The notes beneath the pieces were generated by a model, which was not told the DNA's origin, ran no database searches, and was given only the letters and a program-made list of their open reading frames with translations. A stretch of 64,000 bases of DNA, from contig CAPYID010000002.1 of assembly GCA_948739805.1 (NCBI GenBank), positions 48,295 to 112,294 on the forward strand. Reading direction: 5' to 3'. Below, in pieces: positions 1 to 10,730 of the stretch; within the stretch, counting starts at the first letter, position 1, and each line of letters starts with the position of its first letter. The position numbers were made by a program, and so were the translations under genes. This stretch comes from an uncultured Clostridia bacterium (GTDB lineage Bacteria > Bacillota > Clostridia > TANB77 > CAG-508).

Positions 1-1584
1 GCAGGAAAAAAATTTTTAGTAGACTGTGGAATGTATCAAGGTCAGGCAAAAGAGGAAGAAAAAAACTTTGATATATTTGCATTTAATCCAGAAGAAATAG
101 ATTTTATGCTTTTAACACATGCACATATAGATCATTCAGGAAGAATACCAAAACTATATAATGATGGCTTTAAGAACCCAATATATGCAACTAAAGCAAC
201 CTGTGATTTGTGCAGAATAATGCTTCCAGACAGTGGGCATATTCAAGAAATGGAAATGGAATGGAAAAACAGAAAAAGAATGAGGCAAGGAAAATCGTTA
301 TTAAATCCTTTATATACAGCAGAAGAAGCACAAAAGTCATTAGATATATTTAAACCAGTAAAATATAATGAAATAATTGATATAGATGAGAATATAAAAG
401 TAAGATTTAATGATGCAGGACATATGTTAGGATCAAGTATAATAGAGGTATGGATAACAGAAAATGGAGAAACAGAAAAAGCTGTATTTTCAGGAGATAT
501 AGGAAATAATGATATACCACTTTTATCATCTCCAACAATGATAGAAGATGCTGACTATTTAGTTATGGAATCTACATATGGCAATAGATTACACATGAAA
601 AATGAAACTAAAGCAGAAGACTTCCTAAATATAGCATCAAGCACACTTTTACAAGGAGGAAATGTAATTATCCCATCTTTTGCAGTGGGAAGAACTCAAG
701 AAATATTATATGAATTAAATAAAATAAAAGATGGTACAAATGATGCAGAATTTATAAATAAATACAATATTTTAATGAATACACCAGTATATGTAGACAG
801 TCCTCTTGCAATATCAGCGACAGAAATTTTTAAGCAAAATCAGGATTTATTTGATGATGATGTAAAAGAAGAAATACAAAGAGGGGATAATCCACTTGAA
901 TTTGATGGCTTAAAATTTACAAAAACAGCAGAAGAATCAAAGGCATTAAATGAAAGTATAGAGCCATGTATAATAATCTCAGCAAGTGGAATGTGTGATG
1001 TTGGGAGAATAAAGCATCATTTAAAGCATAATTTATGGAACCCTAAATCAACTATACTATTTGTAGGTTATCAGGCACAAGGAACACTAGGTAGAGCAAT
1101 AGTAAATGGGGCAAAAAAAGTAAAAATATTTGGAGATGAAATAGCTGTTAACGCAAAAATAGAATATATAGAGGGATATTCAGGTCATGCAGACCAAGAA
1201 TGGTTACTAAATTTTGTATATTCATTTTTTACCAAACCAAAGCAAATAATTTTAGTACATGGAGAAGAAGAGGCAAAAAATGTATTAAAGCAAAAAATAG
1301 AAGAAACAACAGACATACCAGTAACTATACCTAAGCTAGGGGAAAAATATGAACTTAAAAATGATAAAATACATTTATTAGAAACAATAGAATTACCAGA
1401 AAGAATAGAATCTGTAAATGATGATATATTAGCAAAAGTAAAAACTATTAAAAATGAGATAGAAGATATGGAAACAATTTTAAAAGAAGATATATTAATT
1501 CAAGAGGGTATTGGTAATAGAGAAAAAGAAATTAAATTACGTTTACGTGAAATTGAACGTTTAATTGTAGAGATAATACAATAG
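1..1584 (+). CDS. beta-CASP / MBL-fold metallo-hydrolase, RNA-metabolising nuclease family (5' end outside window)
   Basis: Reading frame is open to base 1 (protein would read AGKKFLVDCGMYQGQ...). HAHIDHSG (HxHxDH) MBL motif and C-terminal GYSGHAD beta-CASP motif. Coiled-coil-like charged tail. Confidence 0.75.
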   Translation, partial: AGKKFLVDCGMYQGQAKEEEKNFDIFAFNPEEIDFMLLTHAHIDHSGRIPKLYNDGFKNPIYATKATCDLCRIMLPDSGHIQEMEMEWKNRKRMRQGKSLLNPLYTAEEAQKSLDIFKPVKYNEIIDIDENIKVRFNDAGHMLGSSIIEVWITENGETEKAVFSGDIGNNDIPLLSSPTMIEDADYLVMESTYGNRLHMKNETKAEDFLNIASSTLLQGGNVIIPSFAVGRTQEILYELNKIKDGTNDAEFINKYNILMNTPVYVDSPLAISATEIFKQNQDLFDDDVKEEIQRGDNPLEFDGLKFTKTAEESKALNESIEPCIIISASGMCDVGRIKHHLKHNLWNPKSTILFVGYQAQGTLGRAIVNGAKKVKIFGDEIAVNAKIEYIEGYSGHADQEWLLNFVYSFFTKPKQIILVHGEEEAKNVLKQKIEETTDIPVTIPKLGEKYELKNDKIHLLETIELPERIESVNDDILAKVKTIKNEIEDMETILKEDILIQEGIGNREKEIKLRLREIERLIVEIIQ

Positions 1585-1616
1585 CAGTGAGAAATGCGAG
1601 ATAAGGAGAAAAACAA

Positions 1617-3512
1617 ATGAACAAATATTTTAATGATGCAATTATAGGAAATAATAAAATTAGAGCAGGTTTAACAAAAAAAGGAGAACTAATAAGGCTA
1701 TTTTATCCAAATATAGATTTTAAGCAATTCATAGAAGAATTCAAAGTAGGGGTAAAAGTGAATGATTCAGGACTAATTCATCTAGAACAAGATATAAACA
1801 ATGTATATGATCAATACTATTCAGAAGGTACAAATGTATTAAACACAGAAGTGGAAAACACATATTTTAAATTAGGAATAATCCAAACAGATTGTGCTCC
1901 AATAGGAGAAGACAATTTACTAATAAGAAAATATAAATTAATAAACCAAAATACAATTCCATTAGAGGTTAAATTAATAGTAAAATCTAAACTATTAACA
2001 AATGAAAATAATGATGTTGCATCAAGAATAATAGATAATGGTTTAATACAATATACACATGATTATAATTTTTCTATATTTTCAAATAAAAATATAATGT
2101 CACATAAATTACATGGAATAGACGATGTAATAGAAAGTGGAGTTCTAAACGATAAAGATTATATAGGAATGACAAACAATTCAGGAATTATATATGATGT
2201 ACAGACAATACAGCCAGGTAGTGAAATCGAAATTCCATTATACATATATATTACTGATAATAGAGAAAAATTTAGATTATCGGACATAGAAAAAGAAATA
2301 GACAATATTGTAAAAAAGGATTACAAGGAAGAGATATATAAAACAAAAAAATATTGGAGAAGATACTTAAAAAGTCACTCTAATATAGAATTTGAAAATA
2401 GTAGTTATGAGCAAATGTTAAAGAAAATATATGATAGAACAATATTATTGTATCCATTATTAGGAAACTCTGAAACAGGTGGTATAGCAGCAGCAATGGA
2501 GGCAGATGAAGGCAAAACAGCATGTGGAAGATATGCGTATTCATGGCCAAGAGATGCAGTATTTATAACAAATGCCTTAGACTTATTAAATATGGCAAAA
2601 GAAACAGAAAAATTCTATAAAAATTTCTGTAGAAACACACAAAGTAAAAATGGTATGTGGGAGCAGAGATTTTATACAGATGGAAGACTAGCTCCAGCAT
2701 GGGGATATCAAATAGACGAAACCTCAAGTGTAATATTTGGAGTATATAGTCATTATTTAAAGACAAAAGACTTTAGATTTTTAAAAGATAATTTTAAAAT
2801 GTTAGAAAAAGCAGTAAAATATCTAGAAAAATATATAGATAAAATTTTAAAAGGTGAAAGTCCTGAAAAAATAAGCTATGATTTATGGGAAATGCATGAA
2901 GGGGTTAGTTTATATTCGCTATCTAGTATTTTTGCAAGTTTTGAAGCCATGATAAAAATAAATGAGCTAATACTTCCAGAATTTGTAAACAATAGATTAA
3001 AGCAGAATGAGATAAAAGGGCAAATTCAAACATTACAGGACAGATTAGGAAAACTGAAAGAATTTATAATAAATAATTTTTATGATGAGCAAAATAACTT
3101 TTATAGAAGAAACTTAGAAGATGAAAAAATAGACATAAGTGTGTTAGGTGCAATTGTACCATTTAATGTATTTTCTGCAAAAGAAAAAAAGGTGCAAAAT
3201 ACAATAGAGAGAATAAATATGACATTAAGAACATATACAGGAGGATATCTAAGATTTGAAAATGACCATTATACAGGAGATAGACCATGGGTAATAGCAA
3301 CACTATGGATGGCATTATATTACATAGAAATAGGAAATATAAAAGAAGCAAGAGAATGTTTTGACTATGTTGTAAAGACACAAAATCCTCATGGCTTTTT
3401 AGCAGAACAAGTAGATAATCAAAAAATGGAACCAGCCTGGATAATAGGCTTAGGTTGGTCACATGCAATGTTTATATTGGTATTAAACAAACTGAAACAA
3501 CTAGAAAAATAA
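1617..3512 (+). CDS. glycoside hydrolase family 15 (glucoamylase/glucodextranase-like) protein
   Basis: 631-aa ORF with YSWPRDA motif and GGIAAAMEADEGK segment typical of the GH15 (alpha/alpha)6 catalytic domain. RBS AAGGAG upstream. Confidence 0.65.
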   Translation: MNKYFNDAIIGNNKIRAGLTKKGELIRLFYPNIDFKQFIEEFKVGVKVNDSGLIHLEQDINNVYDQYYSEGTNVLNTEVENTYFKLGIIQTDCAPIGEDNLLIRKYKLINQNTIPLEVKLIVKSKLLTNENNDVASRIIDNGLIQYTHDYNFSIFSNKNIMSHKLHGIDDVIESGVLNDKDYIGMTNNSGIIYDVQTIQPGSEIEIPLYIYITDNREKFRLSDIEKEIDNIVKKDYKEEIYKTKKYWRRYLKSHSNIEFENSSYEQMLKKIYDRTILLYPLLGNSETGGIAAAMEADEGKTACGRYAYSWPRDAVFITNALDLLNMAKETEKFYKNFCRNTQSKNGMWEQRFYTDGRLAPAWGYQIDETSSVIFGVYSHYLKTKDFRFLKDNFKMLEKAVKYLEKYIDKILKGESPEKISYDLWEMHEGVSLYSLSSIFASFEAMIKINELILPEFVNNRLKQNEIKGQIQTLQDRLGKLKEFIINNFYDEQNNFYRRNLEDEKIDISVLGAIVPFNVFSAKEKKVQNTIERINMTLRTYTGGYLRFENDHYTGDRPWVIATLWMALYYIEIGNIKEARECFDYVVKTQNPHGFLAEQVDNQKMEPAWIIGLGWSHAMFILVLNKLKQLEK

Positions 3513-3659
3513 CTATTAATTATTCATCATTCATTCACAGTTATTATATAATAACCCCATTATTCCTATAACATAAAAATTTCTAAAATTTTCAATTGAC
3601 TTTTATATGATGAGATAATATAATAAAAAATGTAGAATATTGTAGAAAGTGAAGGAAAA

Positions 3660-6600
3660 ATGATGATAGAGGGATATGAACTTAGTAAATACTTAGAGCC
3701 AGTAACTATAAAGATAATGAATTTTATACATAAATCAAGATGTTTATATACATGTACAGAAGATAACAATAATAAAATTTTAAAATATTCATACTTAAAT
3801 TTATGTACATATAATAGAGAAAGTGAAGAACAAGACTATATTGATTTATTAGCAGTTAATTTTGCAAACTATAATATGATGAGAGAAACAAGTAACTGGA
3901 CTATTGAATATAATCAGTATTCAGAAAGTATTAGAAGAAAATGTAATTGGTGTGATGTAAAATCAGACTTTTGTCCAATCAAAGCATATGCAGATTTAAG
4001 AAACTATGCAACACATAACAAATTAGACATAGATAAATTAATGGAAAAATTAGTAGATGAACCAATTGTGAAGACCATAAGTAATGAAGTTCTAGAGAAA
4101 AGTGTAGCAAATAAGGTCTTAAAAATATGTAATGACTTTTCAGAATTAAGGGTAGCACAACTATTAATTGAAACAAAGACAGTAAAGCTAATAGAAGCTA
4201 TAAATGATATAGTAAAATATAATCGAATAGACCTAAAGGTTAATAGTGATTCTTTAATTAATAATTTATATAATTATTATACAGAGACAGGACATACGAT
4301 AGAAGAAACAATAGATTTAAACAACTTAACAGATAACATACAAACACATATGTATGAATGCTCACCATATAAAATAGCAGCATATGTTTTATACTTATGT
4401 GCCATAGAAAAATTAAACCCAAAAAGAGTGTTAGAAAGAGCGATATATAAATGTGGCAATATTGCAGAAAGTAAATTTAACACCTACTATAAATGGTATG
4501 TATATCAAATAAAGGAATTAGACTGCGAACAAGATGTAAAAGAACAATTAATAGAGATAATTACTTATATAAAGAATTATCATACAAAATATCAATATCA
4601 TTTACCATATATTCAATTAAATATTAATGTACAAATTGAAGATGAGAGTTTATTAGAAAAGATAATGTCAATTATATATAGATTTGCAACTAGCTGTGGC
4701 TATATAAAGGAGAAAATGCTAATTATAGACACTGAATTTTTATATAGTAAATGTGAAAAAGATGCAGAAATAGTCAATAATATTGACAAAATGTATAAAG
4801 ATAGTGGAATGATTGTAGTAAAGGAACTTGAAAAAATTTCATTATCACAAAGTAAAATGGAAAACTTATTTTATGCAATAGAAAGTAGTATGAAGATTTA
4901 TGATAGAACAATAACAATAATTGCATCAAAAAATGATATGACAAATTTCATAAAAGGTTACCCATTACTTCAGTCAAAAATAAGACATAATATAAAAATA
5001 GAAGAATATAGTTTAGAAAAACTTCAAGATAAAATAATGAAAAGGCTAAAAAATAATTATGAAGTATCAGAAGAAATTGAAAGAAATGTAAGAAAATTCA
5101 TTGAAAGTGATTATAAGCAAAGTAATGTTAAAAATAATGACTATATTGAAGATTTATACAGAGATATTGTATATAGTAATTTTAATACTTTAAATGTATC
5201 AGCAGAATTAAAAGATGAAAGAATTAAATATGACAAAAAAGAAAGTAATGGAACATCTAAGAAAAACATTAAAGATTTAATAGGGCTAGAAGAAATAAAA
5301 AGAGAAGTACAGAAATTCAGAAATCTGTTAGCATTTAATAAAAAGATACCAAATAAATTAGAAAACAAAAACATGAATATGAACATGTTATTCTTAGGAA
5401 ATCCAGGAACAGGAAAGACAACAGTTGCAAGTATAATGGCGGATATTTTATATGAATTAGGATATATAAAGAAAAATAAATTTATAGATGTAACTGCAAA
5501 GGATTTAGTAGCAGAATATGTAGGACAAACAGCAATTAAGACATCTAGAATAATAGAAAATGCTTTAGATGGAGTATTATTCATAGACGAAGCATATTCA
5601 ATAGTATCAGCAAATAAAAATGCAAGTTTTGGAGAAGAATCTATTGCAACATTAGTTCAAGCTATGGAAAAATATAAAGACAGACTAGTAGTTATATTTG
5701 CTGGATACACTTTAGAAATGAAAAACTTCTTAGATTCAAACCCAGGTATAGCTTCAAGAATAGGATATACTTTTGAATTTAGCAATTATACAACAGAAGA
5801 ATTAATACAGATATTAGACAAATATGCTTTGAGCAAAGGCTTTACAATAGAAGACGAAGCTAAAAAAGGTATAATTGAAATATTAGAAATAAATAAAAAT
5901 ACTAGAAACTTTGGAAATGCAAGGTTTATGATTAATTTATTTGAAAGATTAGTTATGATACATGCCCAAGAATTTGAAGAAGATAAATTGATGACTATAA
6001 CAAAAAAAGATGTAATAGCATTAACAAATGAAAGTTTTAGTTTAAAGAAAAGTACAGAGGAAATACAAGGAGAATTATCAACATTAGTTGGATTAACTAA
6101 TGTTAAAAAGGAATTAGACGGTTTAATAGACTTAGTAATGCTAAATAACAAATTGGAAAAAAGGATACCATTAAACCTAAATATGATATTTATAGGAAAT
6201 CCAGGAACAGGAAAAACAACAGTTGCAAGAATTTTTGCAGAAATTTTATATAATTTAGGATATATAAAAAATAACAAATTAATAGAAGTAACAGGAAAAG
6301 ACTTAATTGGAGAATATGTAGGGCAAACATCAAACAAAACAGCAAAAGTATTAGAAAATGCATTAGATGGATTATTATTTATAGATGAAGCATATACATT
6401 AATGAATCAAGCTGGAAATAATGGCAATTATTCTCAAGATGCAATATCAACAATAACAAAATATATGACAGACTATGAAGGAAGAATAACTATAATATTT
6501 GCAGGATATAAAGAAGAAATGAAAGAATTTTTAGAATTAAACTCGGGTCTAATTTCAAGGGTAGGAGAAACAATAGAATTTAGTGATTATTCAGAAGAAG

Positions 6601-6869
6601 AACTATTAATTATATTTAAGAAAGAAGTTGAAAAAGCAGAATTTGAAATTGATGAAAAGGCAGAAGAGGCTATATTAAATATAATAAAGCAAAACATAAA
6701 AACAAAAAACTTTGGAAATGCAAGATTTGTAATAAATGTATTTAAGAAAACATTAATGCAACATGCAAAAAGGTGCAGAGAAATTCAAGATATAAAACAG
6801 CTAAAGACAATAACTGTAGAAGATATACCAGAAATTGAGATACATAAAGAAAAAAGAATAGGATTTTAA
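3660..6869 (+). CDS. large AAA+ ATPase with two tandem SpoVK/CbxX-type modules and a ~520-aa N-terminal domain of unknown function
   Basis: Two Walker A GNPGTGKTTVA motifs and two Walker B LFIDEAY motifs, each followed by VIFAGY and a sensor region. N-terminal half has no motif I recognise. Sigma-A-like promoter TTGACT-17-TATAAT at about 3594-3628. Confidence 0.7.
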   Translation: MMIEGYELSKYLEPVTIKIMNFIHKSRCLYTCTEDNNNKILKYSYLNLCTYNRESEEQDYIDLLAVNFANYNMMRETSNWTIEYNQYSESIRRKCNWCDVKSDFCPIKAYADLRNYATHNKLDIDKLMEKLVDEPIVKTISNEVLEKSVANKVLKICNDFSELRVAQLLIETKTVKLIEAINDIVKYNRIDLKVNSDSLINNLYNYYTETGHTIEETIDLNNLTDNIQTHMYECSPYKIAAYVLYLCAIEKLNPKRVLERAIYKCGNIAESKFNTYYKWYVYQIKELDCEQDVKEQLIEIITYIKNYHTKYQYHLPYIQLNINVQIEDESLLEKIMSIIYRFATSCGYIKEKMLIIDTEFLYSKCEKDAEIVNNIDKMYKDSGMIVVKELEKISLSQSKMENLFYAIESSMKIYDRTITIIASKNDMTNFIKGYPLLQSKIRHNIKIEEYSLEKLQDKIMKRLKNNYEVSEEIERNVRKFIESDYKQSNVKNNDYIEDLYRDIVYSNFNTLNVSAELKDERIKYDKKESNGTSKKNIKDLIGLEEIKREVQKFRNLLAFNKKIPNKLENKNMNMNMLFLGNPGTGKTTVASIMADILYELGYIKKNKFIDVTAKDLVAEYVGQTAIKTSRIIENALDGVLFIDEAYSIVSANKNASFGEESIATLVQAMEKYKDRLVVIFAGYTLEMKNFLDSNPGIASRIGYTFEFSNYTTEELIQILDKYALSKGFTIEDEAKKGIIEILEINKNTRNFGNARFMINLFERLVMIHAQEFEEDKLMTITKKDVIALTNESFSLKKSTEEIQGELSTLVGLTNVKKELDGLIDLVMLNNKLEKRIPLNLNMIFIGNPGTGKTTVARIFAEILYNLGYIKNNKLIEVTGKDLIGEYVGQTSNKTAKVLENALDGLLFIDEAYTLMNQAGNNGNYSQDAISTITKYMTDYEGRITIIFAGYKEEMKEFLELNSGLISRVGETIEFSDYSEEELLIIFKKEVEKAEFEIDEKAEEAILNIIKQNIKTKNFGNARFVINVFKKTLMQHAKRCREIQDIKQLKTITVEDIPEIEIHKEKRIGF

Positions 6870-6966
6870 TATATAGGTAATTACAAGAGCAAAATAAAAG
6901 GATTTCATCAATTATCATCAAAAATATAACCATAGGGGTAAAAATTAAATTAATTTAAAAAAGGTA

Positions 6967-6995
6967 TTGACATACTTATAGGTTAATGTTAATAT
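6967..6995 (+). promoter_or_regulatory. sigma-A-type promoter (TTGACA-17-TAATAT with TG extension) driving a short transcript
   Basis: TTGACA at 6967-6972, TGTTAATAT at 6987-6995. No ORF follows before the hairpin at 7035-7078. Confidence 0.4.
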
Positions 6996-7001
6996 ATAGT
7001 T

Positions 7002-7078
7002 GTGTGTGGGAGTTGCAATACCCAATGGTTAAGAGGTACATTGTATTTAAAAGAATTCAATGTACCTTTTTCCTTTTT
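7002..7078 (+). ncRNA. candidate small RNA (~77 nt) ending in an intrinsic terminator, between the AAA+ gene and secA
   Basis: Promoter at 6967-6995. 9-bp stem GGTACATTG/CAATGTACC followed by TTTTTCCTTTTT (7035-7078). No RBS or credible ORF inside. Confidence 0.25.
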
Positions 7079-7189
7079 ATTAACTATAGTGTAAAATTTC
7101 ATGAATTCTATAAAATTCCTCTTGTAAAAAATAGAAAAAAGTGATATAGTATGTTTTTAGAAAAAACATAAGTGAAAGGAAAAGGTATA

Positions 7190-9964
7190 ATGGGAATTTT
7201 TAACAAAATTTTTAAATCATATTCAGAAAGAGAAGTACAAAGGGTAATGCCACTTGTGGAAAAAATAAATAGTTTAGAGGAGGAAATTTCAAAACTATCA
7301 GATATAGAATTATCAAATAAAACCAAAGAATTTAAAGATAGGTTACAAAATGGAGAAACCCTAGATGATATTTTAACAGAGGCATTTGCAGTAATGAGAG
7401 AAGCATCAAAAAGAGTTTTAGGAATGAGACATTTTGATGTTCAATTAATTGGTGGAATTATTTTGCACCAAGGAAGAATTGCAGAGATGAAAACAGGAGA
7501 AGGAAAAACTTTAGTTGCAACACTTCCAGCATATTTAAATGCGTTATCAGGAAATGGAGTTCATGTAGTTACAGTAAACGATTATCTAGCCACACGTGAT
7601 AGTGAATGGATGGGAAAAGTTTACAAATTTTTAGGTCTAACAGTAGGACTAGTTATAAGTGGAATGAAGCCAGAAGAAAAACAAAAGGCATATTCAGCAG
7701 ACATTACATATGGAACAAATAATGAATTTGGATTTGATTATTTAAGAGATAATATGGTTATATATAAAAACCAAGCAGTTCAAAGAGGATTAAACTTTGC
7801 AATTGTAGACGAGATAGATAGTATATTAATAGATGAGGCACGTACACCATTAATTATTTCAGGAAAAGCAGCAGCTTCATCAGAAATGTATACAAAAGCA
7901 GACGATTTTGTAAAAAAACTTACACCAAAAATAATTGTAGAAGAAGATGTTAAAGACATTGATCAAGCAGAAGACAATGAAAAATACGACTATATAGTAG
8001 ATTTAAAGGCAAAATCTGCATCTCTTACAGCAAAGGGAATTGACAAAGCAGAAAAAACATTTAACTTAGAGAATTTAGATGACTTAGATAACTCAGATTT
8101 AGTTCATCACATAAACCAAGCATTACGAGCACATGGTATAATGAAAAAAGATATAGATTATATAGTAAAAGGTGGAGAAGTATTAATTGTAGACGAATTT
8201 ACAGGACGTATAATGTATGGTAGACGTTATAATAATGGTTTACATCAAGCAATAGAAGCAAAAGAAAGAGTAAGAATAGCAGATGAATCAAAAACTCTAG
8301 CAACAATAACATTCCAAAATTACTTTAGAATGTATTCAAAACTTTCAGGAATGACAGGTACTGCGATGACAGAAGAAGCAGAATTTCAAGAAATATACAA
8401 ATTAGATGTTATAACAATACCTACAAATAAACCAATGATAAGAGAAGACTCAAATGATGTAATATACAAAAATGAGAAAGCGAAATTTAATGCAATAGTA
8501 GAAGAAATTAAGAAAAGTCATGAAAAAGGTCAACCAGTATTAGTAGGAACAATATCAATTGAAAACTCTGAAAAGATAAGTAGTATATTAAAAAAAGAAG
8601 GAATACCACACCAAGTATTAAATGCAAAATTCCATGAAAGAGAAGCTGCTATTATAGCACAAGCAGGTAAATATGGTGCAGTAACAATATCTACAAACAT
8701 GGCAGGACGTGGTACAGACATTATACTAGGTGGAAACTCAGAATACTTAGCAAGACAAGAGATGAAAAAAAAGGCATATTCAGACGAACTAATAGAGCAG
8801 GCAAATGCATATAATGAAACAGATGACCAAGAAGTATTAGAAGCAAGAAATATATTTAGAGATTTAGAGAAGAAATTTGACGAAGAAATAAAAGAAGAGA
8901 AGGAAAAAGTAATAAAAGCTGGTGGACTAAAAATCATAGGAACAGAAAGGCACGAATCAAGAAGAATTGATAATCAGTTAAGAGGACGTAGTGGAAGACA
9001 AGGAGATGTCGGAGAATCAAAATTCTTCATAGGACTTGATGATAATTTAATGAAAATATTTGGTGGAGATGTAATAACAAATATATATGATAAAATAGGC
9101 GCAGATGAAGACATGCCTATAGAAGCAAAAATGTTATCAAGTGCAGTAGAAAATGCACAAAAAAGAGTTGAAGGAAGAAACTTTAGTATACGTAAGAATG
9201 TATTACAATATGATGATGTTATGAACACACAAAGAGAAATAATATATGGACAAAGAAGAGATGTATTAGACGGTAAAAATTTAAAAGAAAGTATATTAAA
9301 AATGATTGAGCCAGTAGCAACAGAAGTAGTTTCAAGTTTCTTTGGGACAGAAGAAAATGAAAATATAAATAAAGAATCATTAGCACAAGAAATAAAAAAC
9401 AATTTTGGGATTAGTGATATAGAAGCATTAAAAGAAGAAAAACTAAATCAAGTAGATATAATAAATGAGGTAGTAGAAAAATCAAAACAGAAATATGAAG
9501 AAAAAGAGCAAGAACTAGGCGAACAAGAAATAAGAGAACTAGAAAGAGTAGTAATGTTAAAAGTAGTAGACCAAAAGTGGATGGATCATATAGATGCAAT
9601 GGATGACTTAAAAGAAGGAATTGGTTTACGTGCTTATGGACAAAAAGATCCAGTAGCACAATATAGAATAGAAGGATTTGACATGTTTGACGCAATGGTA
9701 GCAGAAATACAAAAAGATGTAGTAAAAATCCTATTAAACATTCAAAAAGCAGGAGAACTAAAAAGAGAACAAACAGCAAAGATAACATCTGTTGCTCAAG
9801 CAACATTAGATAGTATAAATGTAGTAACAGAAAATAAGGAACAAGTTCCACAAACATCAGATGTGAAAAGAACACCTGTAGTAAATCAAGGACCAAAAGT
9901 AGGAAGAAATGACCCTTGTCCTTGTGGAAGTGGGAAGAAGTATAAAAACTGCTGTGGAAAATAG
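7190..9964 (+). CDS. secA: preprotein translocase subunit SecA
   Basis: Full-length SecA with DEAD-motor motifs ([27 protein letters not shown]) and C-terminal zinc-finger tail [18 protein letters not shown] at 7190 preferred over the upstream GTG at 7172 because of RBS spacing. Confidence 0.95.
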   Translation: MGIFNKIFKSYSEREVQRVMPLVEKINSLEEEISKLSDIELSNKTKEFKDRLQNGETLDDILTEAFAVMREASKRVLGMRHFDVQLIGGIILHQGRIAEMKTGEGKTLVATLPAYLNALSGNGVHVVTVNDYLATRDSEWMGKVYKFLGLTVGLVISGMKPEEKQKAYSADITYGTNNEFGFDYLRDNMVIYKNQAVQRGLNFAIVDEIDSILIDEARTPLIISGKAAASSEMYTKADDFVKKLTPKIIVEEDVKDIDQAEDNEKYDYIVDLKAKSASLTAKGIDKAEKTFNLENLDDLDNSDLVHHINQALRAHGIMKKDIDYIVKGGEVLIVDEFTGRIMYGRRYNNGLHQAIEAKERVRIADESKTLATITFQNYFRMYSKLSGMTGTAMTEEAEFQEIYKLDVITIPTNKPMIREDSNDVIYKNEKAKFNAIVEEIKKSHEKGQPVLVGTISIENSEKISSILKKEGIPHQVLNAKFHEREAAIIAQAGKYGAVTISTNMAGRGTDIILGGNSEYLARQEMKKKAYSDELIEQANAYNETDDQEVLEARNIFRDLEKKFDEEIKEEKEKVIKAGGLKIIGTERHESRRIDNQLRGRSGRQGDVGESKFFIGLDDNLMKIFGGDVITNIYDKIGADEDMPIEAKMLSSAVENAQKRVEGRNFSIRKNVLQYDDVMNTQREIIYGQRRDVLDGKNLKESILKMIEPVATEVVSSFFGTEENENINKESLAQEIKNNFGISDIEALKEEKLNQVDIINEVVEKSKQKYEEKEQELGEQEIRELERVVMLKVVDQKWMDHIDAMDDLKEGIGLRAYGQKDPVAQYRIEGFDMFDAMVAEIQKDVVKILLNIQKAGELKREQTAKITSVAQATLDSINVVTENKEQVPQTSDVKRTPVVNQGPKVGRNDPCPCGSGKKYKNCCGK

Positions 9965-9973
9965 TATAAAATG

Positions 9974-9997
9974 AGGCTTTTTCGGAAGCCTTATTTT
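9974..9997 (+). terminator. intrinsic terminator after secA
   Basis: AGGCTT/AAGCCT 6-bp stem followed by TATTTT. Confidence 0.55.
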
Positions 9998-10022
9998 AAA
10001 AGCAGTACGAGTTGGAAATAAA

Positions 10023-10041
10023 TGTCCACGATTTGTCCACG
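10023..10041 (+). promoter_or_regulatory. tandem direct repeat TGTCCACG x2 (operator-like) upstream of the DUF2000 gene
   Basis: TGTCCACGATTTGTCCACG seen directly. Confidence 0.3.
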
Positions 10042-10070
10042 TAAAAAGATTCATAGGGAGGAATATTAAT

Positions 10071-10499
10071 ATGGTATATAATGATAAATATAAATTTGTA
10101 GCAATTATTAATGAAAAAATAGAAATAGGAAAGGCATTAAATGCAATTGCACATATGGGATTAGGATTAGTAAATATAGCAGATGAAGAAACAAAAGAAA
10201 ATATGTCTTTTGTTGATTTCCCAGATAAAGACGAAGAGTTACATAAGAGTATATCTGGATTATCTTTAATCGTTTTGGGCGGAAAAAATAACGAAATAAA
10301 AAAGGCTAGAAGGCAATTTAAAGAAGAAGGAATATTATTTGTGGACTTTATAGAAACAATGACAGGAGATACATATGCGGAGCAGTTGGTAAAAACAAAA
10401 GAGATAAATACAGAAGAACACAATTATTTTGGATTACTAGCATTTGGAGAAATAGAAAAAATAAATCCTATTACAAAAAGATTGTCATTATATAAATAA
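10071..10499 (+). CDS. DUF2000-family protein (predicted PTH2-like fold)
   Basis: 142 aa. KFVAIINEKIEIGKALNAIAHMGLGL matches the DUF2000 N-terminal pattern as I recall it. GGGAGG RBS 9 nt upstream. Confidence 0.5.
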   Translation: MVYNDKYKFVAIINEKIEIGKALNAIAHMGLGLVNIADEETKENMSFVDFPDKDEELHKSISGLSLIVLGGKNNEIKKARRQFKEEGILFVDFIETMTGDTYAEQLVKTKEINTEEHNYFGLLAFGEIEKINPITKRLSLYK

Positions 10500-10567
10500 G
10501 TTTAAATTATTAAAGTCTTCTATTGGGAACAAAAATGGCAAACTTGGGAAAATAAATTCAAAAAATA

Positions 10568-10598
10568 TTGACAAATGGTATAAAAACGGGTTATAATG
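10568..10598 (+). promoter_or_regulatory. promoter of the toxI-like/toxN unit (TTGACA ... TATAAT)
   Basis: TTGACA at 10568-10573 and TATAAT at 10593-10598 (spacer 18-19 nt). Confidence 0.45.
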
Positions 10599-10602
10599 AA
10601 TA

Positions 10603-10682
10603 TAATAGAAATAGATATTTAATATCTATTTACAGTTAAAAATCAGGTGAACCCTACCAATAAGTGGGAGCTGTAAAATCAA
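10603..10682 (+). ncRNA. toxI: putative type III antitoxin RNA (ToxI-like): 5' hairpin plus a single 36-nt ToxI-like repeat unit (10645-10680)
   Basis: Unit AGGTGAACCCTACCAATAAGTGGGAGCTGTAAAATC is bounded by AAAAT on both sides 36-37 nt apart. It aligns block-by-block with the ToxI repeat as I recall it (AGGTGA..CTACC..AAGTG..AGCT..AAAT(T)C). Palindrome AAATAGATATTTAATATCTATTT at 10609-10631. It sits between a promoter and a terminator immediately upstream of a ToxN/AbiQ-family ORF. Confidence 0.45.
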
Positions 10683-10719
10683 AAGGTAGAGATCTAGGTC
10701 TTTACCTTTTATATTTTTT
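10683..10719 (+). terminator. intrinsic terminator/attenuator between antitoxin RNA and toxN (typical type III TA architecture)
   Basis: AAAGGTAGAGATC/GGTCTTTACCTTT imperfect hairpin followed by TATATTTTTT. Confidence 0.5.
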
Positions 10720-10730
10720 AGGAGGGAAAA

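Noticed and set aside
5141-6337. Minus-strand ORFs (147 and 183 aa) inside the AAA+ gene, and similar antisense ORFs at 8530-9896, 20251-21807, 47200-48284 and 53467-53896
   Set aside because: They lie wholly antisense to well-supported genes, have low-complexity Leu/Ile/Phe/Ser-rich translations typical of AT-rich mirror frames, lack RBS, and have no recognisable motifs.
7172-7189. ORF-track GTG start for secA at 7172 (and the extended starts for pda, NMO, antiporter, padR, nth, dinJ and yafQ)
   Set aside because: Downstream ATG or TTG codons have properly spaced Shine-Dalgarno sequences and give N-termini matching the respective families. The upstream extensions add non-conserved residues.
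10500-10730. Long multi-copy ToxI-type tandem array upstream of toxN
   Set aside because: Looked for 35-36-nt periodicity. Only one convincing unit (10645-10680) and weak partial similarity in its flanks, so I report a single-unit antitoxin candidate rather than an array.
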